64,000 bases of DNA from Fibrobacteria bacterium (GTDB taxonomy: Bacteria > Fibrobacterota > Chitinivibrionia > Chitinivibrionales > FEN-1185), in contig JBBIGR010000001.1 of NCBI GenBank assembly GCA_037447435.1, positions 206,902 to 270,901 of the forward strand, in the 5' to 3' direction. A program made the translations under genes and the position numbers. The notes under the pieces were generated by a model. That model was not told the origin of the DNA. It did not search any database and worked only from the letters and a program-made list of their open reading frames with translations. Positions 18,420 to 28,525 of the stretch are shown piece by piece; the stretch's first letter is position 1; the number at the start of each line of letters is the position of its first letter.

Positions 18420-20870
18420 TTATCGCACATCAACAACATCCTCGTTCGGCATAATGTCGGCCACGGGATTGACGACATGCTCGTTACTGTCGGCCTCGTC
18501 GTACGATTCGGAAAACATGGTTTCCAGAGCCTTACCCCATGAATATTCTTTGCGCACATGTGAAATTGCGGATGCCTTCATTTCCGCATACAGCATCGGG
18601 AATTTTTTTTTGAGAACAAGCAACCCCTCTATTTTCATGACCCAATCTTCAATGCTTTTTGACGAAGCGATAAATCCGGTTTTACCATTTATAATGATTT
18701 CTTTCGGCCCTCCGAATTCCGAAACGATGGCGGGCAAACCGCACGCCAGTGCCTCGAGAACCACCATGCCGAACGTATCGGTAATACTTGGAAAAACGAA
18801 ACAATCCGCAATGCTGTACAAGTCGGGAAGATCGCATCTGTCTATTCTCCCCGTAAAAATCGCACGCGGATACGGCTTCATCGCCTCACAGAATTCCGCA
18901 AAATCGGGGCCATTGCCCGCAAATACGATGTTTATGGACGGATCTTTTAAAATTAATTGTTTGTAAACCGTTGCGAGGAAATCGAGATTTTTCTCTTTTG
19001 AAATCCTGCCCGCATAAATCAAGATCGCACCGTCTCTAATTCCATAGCGCTTTTGAAGCCATGCCCGGGAATCGGGCCTTGGAAAAAAAACATCCGTATC
19101 TATTCCTCGGGTAAAGCGCGACATGCGATAGCGCGGCACGCCCCGTTTTGCAAGAACATCGATATATTCCTGCGTCGGCACGACGATTTTGTTGACCATG
19201 GAAAAAAACCAGTCGATATACGCTTCGGTAAATTGGGCTACCGAGTCATCACCGGTTATCTGATGCGCCTGGCGTGTGAAATCGGTATGATATACGCCGT
19301 TGCATGGAATATGCAACAACTTTGCCGCAAGCAGGCCGATGAGCCCGACCGGGCCGGGAGTCGATATGAAGATTTCGTCCGGCTCGTTATTGTAAATTAG
19401 CGAAAGCGAAGTAAGAAGGGACGGCACGCGCAAAGTGACGGTCGAAAAAAACGATGGCGTATAGGAATGAATGCAAGGCAAATCGATCAACGGCTGCGGT
19501 AGATCCGTATCTTTTTCTTCTTTAAGCAAACAAGTGACGAGCGTGCAATCGATGCCTTTTTCCCGCACTTTGACCGATATTTCGCGAAGAACCTCGGAAA
19601 CCCCGTTCAAATCGGTCAATGTATCGGTAAACCATAAATAGCGTTTTTGCTTTCTATGTGCCTTGTCGATATACGTTTGCGCGATGTCATCGACGATATT
19701 ACGGGACGCATTCAGAACATTTACGGTTGTGAAAAACGGCAAAGACAGGAAAACGGCCGGAATTGTCCCGACCAAACGGTTGATAAGGCCGATTATATTC
19801 CCCTGCGATAGGCTTTGTTCGGCCTCACTGGCGAAAAACCTGACAAATTCGTCGGTTGCTTCGGAAATTTTATTTGAAAGGATGGCGAGCTTTGTTTCCG
19901 TTGGTCCTGCCGCTCCGCTTTGAAACAATTCCATTGCCTCGATAAAAATACGGTACATTGCGCTCAGACCGCTGTTTTTTCCTTTTTTCATTCGTTTCAG
20001 GGCAATGCGGGTTTTTATATCGAGCGGCTTATTGTCGAAAACAAGCCCTGAAAATGCATGAAAAAAAGGCGACGTTTGTTTATTTTTACTGTTTGAAAAA
20101 TCGTATGCTATTTTGTAAATTGCAAAGGCCAAGCTTTGATAATCGTTATGCCTGCCGCAGGCCTCTGTTTTTTTTCCGCACATTTGTTCCAGAAATTCCT
20201 CCGCCGATCCAGCTTCCGCTTTCGTATACGTTTTTCCTGCAAACAACCCGCTATGATCGTCGGACCCCGCTACTACCCCTTTTTTCCAGGGTTCCAGGGA
20301 CAAAGGCTTTATGGAGTATTTGCGTTGCAAACGTTCGATGTGCTGGGGAGTGAGAGATGCAAGAACCTGCATCAGGATTTCATTATTGCGCTTATTTCTG
20401 CTTCCGTTGATACCTTCAAAATTATCAAACAAAAGCATCAATCGCTCCACATGCTCTTTTGTTAATCGGTGATTCACGGAAAACGTGGCATGCGCCACGG
20501 CATGCGGCAATTCATTTGCATATAACAACGCCCGCAAGTCGTATATGCTCCCGCGCACGCGCTCGATTTCCTTGAACTGGACCTCATTCAATCCATATAT
20601 CAATACATGGATCTTTGTCCCGTCTTCAGGGAAATACGTCGTGGATTCCACACCCGTAATCGTATCTTGCGGATGTTTGATTCGCAATTCGAGCGCTCCA
20701 TCGATGCAATTGTGGTCGGTAAGCGTGACAAAATCCATTCCGGCAGCTTTACATATCTGATACACGGTTTCGGGCGGCACATATGATTCGCGTGTACCGA
20801 GTCTTTTTAAAAACCATTCCGACGGATGCTGGGAAAACGATGAATGCACATGCATGTCGATTTTTGCCAT
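18420..20870 (-). CDS. PHP-domain phosphoesterase fused to a GT4 glycosyltransferase
   Basis: DMHVHS, LTDHN, GSDDH (PHP); GRISKEKN, FPSITDTFGMVVLEALACGLP (GT4). Confidence 0.88.
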   Translation of the reverse strand: MAKIDMHVHSSFSQHPSEWFLKRLGTRESYVPPETVYQICKAAGMDFVTLTDHNCIDGALELRIKHPQDTITGVESTTYFPEDGTKIHVLIYGLNEVQFKEIERVRGSIYDLRALLYANELPHAVAHATFSVNHRLTKEHVERLMLLFDNFEGINGSRNKRNNEILMQVLASLTPQHIERLQRKYSIKPLSLEPWKKGVVAGSDDHSGLFAGKTYTKAEAGSAEEFLEQMCGKKTEACGRHNDYQSLAFAIYKIAYDFSNSKNKQTSPFFHAFSGLVFDNKPLDIKTRIALKRMKKGKNSGLSAMYRIFIEAMELFQSGAAGPTETKLAILSNKISEATDEFVRFFASEAEQSLSQGNIIGLINRLVGTIPAVFLSLPFFTTVNVLNASRNIVDDIAQTYIDKAHRKQKRYLWFTDTLTDLNGVSEVLREISVKVREKGIDCTLVTCLLKEEKDTDLPQPLIDLPCIHSYTPSFFSTVTLRVPSLLTSLSLIYNNEPDEIFISTPGPVGLIGLLAAKLLHIPCNGVYHTDFTRQAHQITGDDSVAQFTEAYIDWFFSMVNKIVVPTQEYIDVLAKRGVPRYRMSRFTRGIDTDVFFPRPDSRAWLQKRYGIRDGAILIYAGRISKEKNLDFLATVYKQLILKDPSINIVFAGNGPDFAEFCEAMKPYPRAIFTGRIDRCDLPDLYSIADCFVFPSITDTFGMVVLEALACGLPAIVSEFGGPKEIIINGKTGFIASSKSIEDWVMKIEGLLVLKKKFPMLYAEMKASAISHVRKEYSWGKALETMFSESYDEADSNEHVVNPVADIMPNEDVVDVR

Positions 20871-21112
20871 AATCCTCCCTTAAAGGTGTGTTCCTTCATT
20901 AATAATACCAGGTTAGATTTAGGCTTGTGTTCTAACTGTGTTAGGAATTGAAAAGCTTGATCGCTTACTAACTCAAATATCTGGCTTTCATGGCAGTGCT
21001 TACAGTGGAAGTGTTCAACCGAAAAAATTCCCGAATCTGCGAATGAGTTTGAGAAAAAACGAGGATTTCTAATAAATTCATAACAAATCCAAAGATTTCG
21101 AAGCAATATTTT

Positions 21113-21128
21113 TGGAATACTATTTGCA
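21113..21128 (+). promoter_or_regulatory. Sigma54-type -24/-12 promoter candidate
   Basis: TGGAATACTATTTGCA: GG-N10-GC, about 48 bp before ATG 21176. Confidence 0.5.
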
Positions 21129-21175
21129 ACATATCTTTTGATTACACAATCCAACCTTTTAAAAGCGGGGATTTT

Positions 21176-21820
21176 ATGGTTGCAATTACTGGAGCATGCG
21201 GTAAAACCGGGTCTAAGGTAGCTGAATTGCTTTTAGCAAAAAATATTCCGGTGCGGGCTATCGGCAAATCATACAACCAACTCAAGCAGCTTGGTGAAAA
21301 AGGGGCGGAAATTATGGCCGGAGACCAGTCGGACATGTTTTTTTTAATAAAAGCCTTTACCGATATCGATTCTGTTTTTTTCCTAGTGCCTTCAAAACCC
21401 GAGGCCGATGATCACGTGCAATATTACAATTCTATAGCCGATAGCGCTGTTTCGGCAATTAAAACGACAAAAATAAAAAAAATGATTTTCTTATCCTCTA
21501 TTGATGGAGGATCTTTAAACGGGCCGATTCGCGGTTTATACGATGTGGAACGTAAGCTTTGTTCATTAAAAAAAGTGGACATAATTATCTTGAAAGCGGG
21601 TTTTATTTTGGAAAACCTGCTCAATTATGATGGGATAACCCGTGCACGGAACTTTTTAGGCAATACTTCCAATTTAGGGGAGCCAATAAAAATGATTTCG
21701 GCATTAGAAATTGGTGAAAAGGTCGTTGATTTGCTTCAAAACCCGATTTTTAAAGGCCATTCGGTTCGAAATTTATTCGGGCAAAAATGGTCTTTTATCC
21801 CAAGACAAGCCTCAGTTTAA
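21176..21820 (+). CDS. NmrA-like NAD(P)H-binding protein, probably C-terminally truncated
   Basis: GACGKTG Rossmann motif; only 214 aa and similarity appears to end at RNLFG. Confidence 0.7.
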   Translation: MVAITGACGKTGSKVAELLLAKNIPVRAIGKSYNQLKQLGEKGAEIMAGDQSDMFFLIKAFTDIDSVFFLVPSKPEADDHVQYYNSIADSAVSAIKTTKIKKMIFLSSIDGGSLNGPIRGLYDVERKLCSLKKVDIIILKAGFILENLLNYDGITRARNFLGNTSNLGEPIKMISALEIGEKVVDLLQNPIFKGHSVRNLFGQKWSFIPRQASV

Positions 21821-22644
21821 GCTCGATTTCCCGATCTGCAAAAACATTTATTTTGCTGTGCGTCTTTCTGGACCAGAGACAAGACGGATTGCATGTTTCC
21901 GCTTTGATCGAAGAGAACGGAGTTGTACCAAGTACAGTTGATAATGTCGCCCGCTTTTGTTTGATTGCGGCAGGAGGCCACAACGGTTTTCTCTTTTCCG
22001 CGCGCAAGTTTCTCGACGGATTTATTGACAATAGCGTAATCGTCGCAATAAATTATATCGAGCATGTCGATACGTTTTCCGAGAATTTCTTCCTTCCTCC
22101 AACCGAAAATTCGCTCGGCACCGCTATACCATTTCGTCATGACAAGGTCCGCATTCCATTCGAATATTGCAAGGAGAGAATTTTCGAAACGAAAATTCAA
22201 AGGCAAGCCATCCTCATTTACCTGTTTGATAGCCGCGTTTCTAGCGGATTTGGCACACGGTTTTTCGGCAATTTCCTGACCGTAAAAATTAACGTGTCCT
22301 GCGTTGAGTATCGGATCTATGGAAAAATTATAAACGAAATCGCCGCAGGCAATATTTTCGATACGTTCCTCGTGTCTGTTGAATATGTCCGCAACCTTTT
22401 TCCGCCAAAAATCCGGAATTCTGCCGCCGGTTCTGCAACCCCATACATGCAGCAACGGTTCGCTGGCTTTATTTGCATATAAGACAACACCTTGTTTGCT
22501 TATTCGCAAAATAGGACAAATGTGGTCGCTTTGATACCCTGGAACGGTTTTTGAATCGCCTTCCCCACTTTTAATTTCAAGGATATCCGATACTAATTTG
22601 CTGTGACCGATATCCGGCATACAAGTGTGTTTGTGCGTGGTCAT
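21817..22644 (-). CDS. PAS domain protein without an output domain (possibly truncated)
   Basis: PILRIS.QG.VLYAN; W..GAERIFGW.KEEILGK; CTWYNS.LFD. Confidence 0.7.
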   Translation of the reverse strand: MTTHKHTCMPDIGHSKLVSDILEIKSGEGDSKTVPGYQSDHICPILRISKQGVVLYANKASEPLLHVWGCRTGGRIPDFWRKKVADIFNRHEERIENIACGDFVYNFSIDPILNAGHVNFYGQEIAEKPCAKSARNAAIKQVNEDGLPLNFRFENSLLAIFEWNADLVMTKWYSGAERIFGWRKEEILGKRIDMLDIIYCDDYAIVNKSVEKLARGKEKTVVASCRNQTKAGDIINCTWYNSVLFDQSGNMQSVLSLVQKDAQQNKCFCRSGNRA

Positions 22645-22716
22645 GATAATCGAACCCTCCGAAACATTTTTACCTATCTCAAATAAACATCCGATGTGTT
22701 CCGTCTTTATGGAATC

Positions 22717-22732
22717 AGCAAAAAAAATGCCA
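22717..22732 (-). promoter_or_regulatory. Sigma54-type -24/-12 promoter candidate
   Basis: Minus strand TGGCATTTTTTTTGCT: GG-N10-GC, about 73 bp before ATG 22644. Confidence 0.6.
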
Positions 22733-22986
22733 GTATTGTCGATCCTATCGGCAAGAAAGGAGATATGGCACGTGGGATTACGCGCGGCATGAAAAGCTAT
22801 TTATGAGCTGTTTTGTGCCTTATTGACAACAGGAAAGAACGTCGACTCCTTGTATTTCGGGCATTGGAAAACACCTCTTTTATTCCCAAGAAGAGATCAT
22901 TGCTGGATATTTTCCAAACTATCGCAATACTAATTATTTTCATATGGGCAAAATTATTAAACGATTTACGACTTCCCGGTGATGCA

Positions 22987-24018
22987 ATGACTGCAAAATT
23001 AGAACAAAATAAAAAATCCGGAGTTTACTACGCTCAAACGATTGCTGGACTCGAGCTTCCGGTAATCGATATTACCCATTCCGCTTTTGCCGTTACAGAA
23101 CCGGACGAAATGGAATTGGCCGCATTGGTAAAAAAATCAACCGAGCAACAGGAAAAATTCAATCGCATGCCCGCTTTGCTTCGCAAAGTTTTTTTGTGGG
23201 TCTTTTCTCGCAAGTCTATTTTGATGCAAGGGCTGCTGGGTGCGTCGGGAACGTATTTGAGCGGGATGAACACCTATTTGTTAAAACTTGGGCCCGACAA
23301 TTTAGGAATTCATTATAGCCGGCCTCTGGATAGGATCATTGCCGCATCTCTCCCCGCGCTTTTAACCCGATTGCGGTTGCAAGATATGGCCCGGATGACG
23401 GTTGATGCGATTGAACCGGTCTTGCACGATCACATCGGCAAGCCTTTATATTTAGTCAATATCGCCGGGGGGCCTTGTGCGGATACGCTGAATGTATTGA
23501 TTCTTTTACGCGCGGAAAAGCCCGAGCTGTTCGCAAATCGTACGATTAAAATTTGCGTTATGGATTTGGAACAGGCGGCGCCTACCTTTGCAGCCCGCGC
23601 CTTGAATGTTTTACAATCTCCCGGCGCGCCGCTTAAAGGATTAAATATATCGTTTGAATATGTTCCGTACAACTGGCACGAAACGCAGGTGCTGCAGGAC
23701 TATTTGTCCGCTTTGAATGTGATGCAGGGGGTCGTGGTCGTCACCGCTGAAGGCGGGCTTTTCGATTACGGCACAGAACACGATATTGTGACCAATTTGA
23801 AAATTTTGCATGCTTTGACGCCGGAGAAAACCGTTTTAGCCGGCACCATCACTCCTGCGGACGGACCCGGAAAAATCCTTGTGCAAACAGGCGGTGCAAA
23901 AACCGTTCCGCGAACCCTTGATGAATTTAAAGACCTTGCCTTTTCGGCGGGGTGGTCTGTGACCGAGAGCAAAGATCGCCTTATCAATTACGTTATCCGT
24001 TTATGTAAAGCTTCATGA
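22987..24018 (+). CDS. Hypothetical protein with a class I SAM-methyltransferase-like C-terminal fold
   Basis: Long ORF; NIAGGP, VMDLE and AEGGLFDY resemble methyltransferase motifs; start uncertain. Confidence 0.55.
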   Translation: MTAKLEQNKKSGVYYAQTIAGLELPVIDITHSAFAVTEPDEMELAALVKKSTEQQEKFNRMPALLRKVFLWVFSRKSILMQGLLGASGTYLSGMNTYLLKLGPDNLGIHYSRPLDRIIAASLPALLTRLRLQDMARMTVDAIEPVLHDHIGKPLYLVNIAGGPCADTLNVLILLRAEKPELFANRTIKICVMDLEQAAPTFAARALNVLQSPGAPLKGLNISFEYVPYNWHETQVLQDYLSALNVMQGVVVVTAEGGLFDYGTEHDIVTNLKILHALTPEKTVLAGTITPADGPGKILVQTGGAKTVPRTLDEFKDLAFSAGWSVTESKDRLINYVIRLCKAS

Positions 24019-24071
24019 CACGAATTTTGTCTCCAATATCCAAAGCCGATTTAATAAATTTATAGGGAATA

Positions 24072-24935
24072 ATGAAACCATTTAAACGCATTTACATAGA
24101 GATTACGAATTCTTGCAATTTGTCCTGTTGCTTTTGTCCGGGAACGAATCGGCCAATTAAAAGTATGGATGAAGCAACCTTTGAAACCATATTGTCGCGA
24201 ATAGGCGCCTTGGGCAAGTATCTCTATTTTCATGTTCTTGGCGAGCCCCTGTTGCATCCCGACATCGGCAAGTTTTTGGACATTGCGCATGATCACGGCA
24301 AATTCGTCAACCTGGTTACAAACGGGACATTAATTCGGGAAAACAGTGATGCAATTTTAGGTAAACCTGCTTTGCGGCAAATCACTTTTTCCCTGCACAG
24401 TTTTAGTCAGGGCCAAAACAATAAATCTCCGGACGAGTATATCGGGCCGATAGTGTCGTTTGCCGATAAGGCAAAAAACTATTGCTTCGTGAGTTTTAGG
24501 CTATGGCCGTTCGAGGAAAACGCCAATACGGATTCGTATGAAAACATCGTGAATGCAATACAATCTTTTTTTAGTCCGCAATGTAGCATTTTGGAAAAAC
24601 TCAATTCGTCGTCCGCATTTTCCATTGCTGAAAACGTTTTTATCAATCAAAGCCGTCAATTTGACTGGCCCGACTGCAGCGGCCCGGATTTTGGCAATAT
24701 CGGGTTTTGCCTTGGACTGCGGGAACAAATCGCGATAGTGGCTGATGGGACCGTTGTGCCCTGCTGTCTTGATAGAAACGCAGACATTGCCTTGGGAAAC
24801 ATTCTCCGTGAACCCTTGGAAAACATTCTGCAAAAGCCGAGGACCATTGACATTGTCAACGGCTTTTCGAAAAGAACCGTTGTTGAGGACTTGTGCAGGC
24901 ATTGCTCGTATAGGAACAGATTCGACCGGGTATGA
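24072..24935 (+). CDS. Radical SAM/SPASM domain protein
   Basis: CNLSCCFC, GEPLLHP, FCLGL...DGTVVPCCLD...CRHC. Confidence 0.9.
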   Translation: MKPFKRIYIEITNSCNLSCCFCPGTNRPIKSMDEATFETILSRIGALGKYLYFHVLGEPLLHPDIGKFLDIAHDHGKFVNLVTNGTLIRENSDAILGKPALRQITFSLHSFSQGQNNKSPDEYIGPIVSFADKAKNYCFVSFRLWPFEENANTDSYENIVNAIQSFFSPQCSILEKLNSSSAFSIAENVFINQSRQFDWPDCSGPDFGNIGFCLGLREQIAIVADGTVVPCCLDRNADIALGNILREPLENILQKPRTIDIVNGFSKRTVVEDLCRHCSYRNRFDRV

Positions 24936-25012
24936 AACATGGTCGACGATTCATACGTCTCTACCGAAAATCACTTATTAAATTCGGATGTCGCCTATTT
25001 CGATCAATTGTA

Positions 25013-26869
25013 TCATCCATCGATCTTTGCAATTCCATAAGGCAATAAGGTGATATCCAATTCACCAGAAGAGGTGCGGTATTTTTTGCCTGAATCATTT
25101 AAAAATTCCAAGGGTGTTGTACAGGCAAATTCGACGGTGGTTTCGTCGAGATATTGCAGCAAAACATTTTTTTGCACATGGGTCAAATGGATTTTTTGCG
25201 GTTTGGCGGTAAGATTTGCAAACAAGAACCTTTTTGCATTGTTTTTTTGGAGCATGCACCCGATAACGCTGTTTTGATCGGAAACTATTCTGCGTATTTT
25301 TCCGCCCGAAAAATCTCCGAAATAGGCAAAGACATGGTACGCGGGAAACACCCGGTCGCCGGATTTCTCCATAAGCCCGCAATCGCCGAGAAGATCGAAA
25401 TACGTCAAACCGGCCGCATTGGCAATTGACAAATTAATAATGCTCGCGCATGTCCATGCCGCGGCAAAAACGGTTTTTTGGCGAGGATCCATACCGTGGA
25501 ATTTCTTAGGATTTTCCGGAATGGCCCGCGGACGCAACGTTATCGGCGTCACGAAAAAACGGGAATGCGGATACAGTTCTTTTGCGGTTTGAAGCGTCGG
25601 CGCCTGGCCGAACACATTGTCCATGACGCATTGGTCGTCGAACGTGTGCACCTGCGGATTCATGGAAAAGCAGATGTTCTTTATTAATTTGCTTCGCAAC
25701 GGCTTCCTGTTGATTTCTACGAAATAATTATTCGTTCCGGAAGCGATATTCGCGTCGGGAAAGGTTGTGCCGAGAATGCGGACGCACTGCCGCAATGTCG
25801 ATTCCGACGTGACGACTTCGTTTTTATGAAAAACAACGATTCGTTTGACAACGGCCCTTTTGTTCTTTGCCGATTCGCAAAACCGCAATACTTGCTTTTG
25901 AAGACTTTTCCCCGACACAAACAAGGCCACTTCCAACGGTATTGCATTGAAAGCAGGCAATGTCCCGGTCGCGGCATCGACATCGATACGGAAATGCGAA
26001 AAATTCAGCGCCCGAGCCAACAGTGCCGGTTTCCCTCTCGGCACTGTTGGCAAGCAACATCCCAGTTCGGCAATATTCCGATCTTGCGATTTTTTATTGC
26101 AATCGAAAGGTATGAACGACGATGGCTTTTTGGTCGCTTTTGGTATTTTGACGGTTTTTTCCGCTTTTACTGAAACGATTTGGGAAAACTGCGTTCCTTT
26201 TTTAATGATATACGGCCTTGGAACAGCGAGCGGAGGACAGTAGGTTTTGAATGATGCATCGGTCCAATTCCGCTGGTCTTCCGTTTCGAAAATATCGCCC
26301 AGAAAAAACAGTTCGTATTTTATTCCCTTGACGCTTTGCGATAAGGCGCGCATATTGAGAAACGGCTGATGCGGGCTGATGGTTTGGGGAAATTTCGATT
26401 TTAAGCGAGATCCATTGACGGTTAATACCGTGCATGGTGCTCCCTGGCATGTTGCCAGCGGATGCAGAATGCAAAAACTCACCCGATTGGTTTTGAACGC
26501 GGAGAGTGCCTTTCCATGGAAGGTAAAACGAATTTCGGAATCGTTTGAGCCGTCGATGACTGCATGCCAGGTAAAATCGATGGGGCCGTTTTTATGACGC
26601 GCATCGTATTCTATATGAAACGAGGACCGGGCCTTGTGTATGGACAAATTGGAGACAGTGTAGCCGATTGTGTTCCAGATTTCATTTCGCACGGCGACAT
26701 ATATACGCCTGACGATTTCCACGCCGTTGATCGAAATGTTGCGGACAGTACCGTTACAGAAAACGCAATCCAGATCGCCGGCAGAAAAAAGCATTTCACT
26801 GCCGGCGGATTCTCCGCCGTTGATATCGAATGTTTTTATTTGTGATGGTTTTTGATTTTTTTTAATCAT
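25013..26869 (-). CDS. D-apionate lactonase (ApnL)-like protein
   Basis: FETEDQRNWTDASFKTY, YFVEINR, NPQVHTFDD, DPRQ..FAAAW motifs recalled for this family. Confidence 0.6.
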   Translation of the reverse strand: MIKKNQKPSQIKTFDINGGESAGSEMLFSAGDLDCVFCNGTVRNISINGVEIVRRIYVAVRNEIWNTIGYTVSNLSIHKARSSFHIEYDARHKNGPIDFTWHAVIDGSNDSEIRFTFHGKALSAFKTNRVSFCILHPLATCQGAPCTVLTVNGSRLKSKFPQTISPHQPFLNMRALSQSVKGIKYELFFLGDIFETEDQRNWTDASFKTYCPPLAVPRPYIIKKGTQFSQIVSVKAEKTVKIPKATKKPSSFIPFDCNKKSQDRNIAELGCCLPTVPRGKPALLARALNFSHFRIDVDAATGTLPAFNAIPLEVALFVSGKSLQKQVLRFCESAKNKRAVVKRIVVFHKNEVVTSESTLRQCVRILGTTFPDANIASGTNNYFVEINRKPLRSKLIKNICFSMNPQVHTFDDQCVMDNVFGQAPTLQTAKELYPHSRFFVTPITLRPRAIPENPKKFHGMDPRQKTVFAAAWTCASIINLSIANAAGLTYFDLLGDCGLMEKSGDRVFPAYHVFAYFGDFSGGKIRRIVSDQNSVIGCMLQKNNAKRFLFANLTAKPQKIHLTHVQKNVLLQYLDETTVEFACTTPLEFLNDSGKKYRTSSGELDITLLPYGIAKIDG

Positions 26870-26944
26870 AGTATGTATAATATACGAGTATGACGTACCA
26901 AATCAAAAGCACTATCCTTTCTGATGCGACGGCGCAGGAAATCT

Positions 26945-28063
26945 ATGAAACAATTATCGTTACCTACCCTATTTGACCGAAACAAAAATCCGCTGCTGGT
27001 TTTTTTGTTGGTCACCGCAATATACCTGCCCTTACAGGAATGGCTGCTTTTATACATCGGCGATAATGCAACGCTGTCATTTTCCGTTTTGCCCATTTTG
27101 TTTTGCGGTTGGTATTTGGGACCTCGTTGGGCATTGGTGAGCGGCGCATCCATTGTTTTATGTTTTGCGATTGTTAATTTCATCACGTTCGGCTTTAATG
27201 CGTTTATGGAAATGTCGGTAGGGTCCGTATCGATCCTTATTTTCACCCTCATCGGACTGGCCATCGGCAATATCGAACATTTGAACCGGCGGCTGAAAAC
27301 TGAACTTGCCGCGCGAAAAATCGCGGAACAGGCATTGGAACTCCAATCGCAGCAACTTGCCAAAAGCAACAAGGAGCTTGAGCAGTTTGCCTACATCGCC
27401 TCGCATGATTTACAGGAACCGTTGCGGAAAATCACGTCGTTTTCGAGCCGGCTCGTTTTCAAATATAAAGACGTTCTCGGCGAGCAAGGGTTGGATTATC
27501 TGACTCGTATGGACAATTCGGCCATTCGCATGCAAAGCCTTATCGAGGGGCTGTTGACCTATTCGCGGGTCACGACTAAAGCGCAACCGTTTTCCCCGGT
27601 CGACTTGTCGTTAATTGCTTCGGAAGTGCTTTCTGATCTGGAAACCGCCATCAAAGACTGCAACGCGGCGGTCACCATCGATCCTTTGCCATCGATTTTC
27701 GCGGATCCCCTGCAAATGAGGCAATTGTTCCAGAACCTGATCGGCAATGCACTCAAATATCATGCCCCGGGCGTTTCGCCCATAGTGAAGGTTCGCTGCA
27801 CAATGAACAGTGACAACACCTGCGCCATTTCCATAGCCGACAACGGCATCGGCTTTGAACAGAAATATGCCGAACAGATTTTCGGCGTATTTCAGCGACT
27901 GCACGGACGCAGCAGCGAATACAAAGGGTCGGGAATCGGTTTATCGGTTTGCCGGAAAATCGTGGACAGGCATAACGGGACGATTTCCGCTTCGTCGGAA
28001 CCCGACAAGGGTGCTGTCTTTACTTTCATTGTACCTTTACAACAAAAAGTCCAAGGAGACTGA
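26945..28063 (+). CDS. Membrane sensor histidine kinase (Cph1/BphP-type HisKA)
   Basis: N-terminal TM segments; SHDLQEPLRKI H-box, QLFQNLIGNALKY, DNGIG, GSGIGL. Confidence 0.92.
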   Translation: MKQLSLPTLFDRNKNPLLVFLLVTAIYLPLQEWLLLYIGDNATLSFSVLPILFCGWYLGPRWALVSGASIVLCFAIVNFITFGFNAFMEMSVGSVSILIFTLIGLAIGNIEHLNRRLKTELAARKIAEQALELQSQQLAKSNKELEQFAYIASHDLQEPLRKITSFSSRLVFKYKDVLGEQGLDYLTRMDNSAIRMQSLIEGLLTYSRVTTKAQPFSPVDLSLIASEVLSDLETAIKDCNAAVTIDPLPSIFADPLQMRQLFQNLIGNALKYHAPGVSPIVKVRCTMNSDNTCAISIADNGIGFEQKYAEQIFGVFQRLHGRSSEYKGSGIGLSVCRKIVDRHNGTISASSEPDKGAVFTFIVPLQQKVQGD

Positions 28064-28064
28064 C

Positions 28065-28514
28065 ATGGATGATAAAAAGCAATCCGTCACTATATTGATG
28101 GCGGATGACGACGAAGACGACAGACTCATGGCAAAAGAGGCGTTTTCGGAGGTAAAACTTTTAAACAATTTTCATACCGTGGAAGACGGGGAAGAACTCA
28201 TGGCTTATTTGCGACGCGAGGGTAAATATGCCGACCCGAAATCGTCGCCGCGGCCCGGTATCATTCTTTTGGATCTCAATATGCCTAAAAAAGACGGGCG
28301 TCAGGCGTTAAAGGAAATAAAAGAAGATCCGTCGCTCAAGCACATCCCCATCGTCGTGCTCACCACCTCGAAAGCAGAGGAAGACATTTTGCGCTCGTAC
28401 GACCTTGGCGTGAATTCTTTTATTGTAAAGCCGGTGACCTTTGACCAATTGATAGACATCATGAAAACGTTGACAAAATATTGGTTCGAAATCGTCGAGC
28501 TCCCTCCGTTATAA
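28065..28514 (+). CDS. Single-domain response regulator (Rcp1-like)
   Basis: ILMADDD, LLDLNMPKKDG, LTTS, KP. Confidence 0.92.
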   Translation: MDDKKQSVTILMADDDEDDRLMAKEAFSEVKLLNNFHTVEDGEELMAYLRREGKYADPKSSPRPGIILLDLNMPKKDGRQALKEIKEDPSLKHIPIVVLTTSKAEEDILRSYDLGVNSFIVKPVTFDQLIDIMKTLTKYWFEIVELPPL

Positions 28515-28525
28515 AAGGACACTTC

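Noticed and set aside
18331..18966. 211-aa plus-strand ORF (and similar ones at 21787-22482, 40083-40760, 56084-56803, 60428-61075)
   Set aside because: Antisense shadows of well-supported genes, with no motifs.
22766..22781. Plus-strand TGGCACG as a sigma54 -24 box
   Set aside because: No GC at the -12 position.
27855..28064. N-terminal extensions in the ORF track (also 14374-14487, 22813-22986, 55848-55898, 59636-59689)
   Set aside because: Downstream starts fit the RBS, stop/start overlaps or domain boundaries better.
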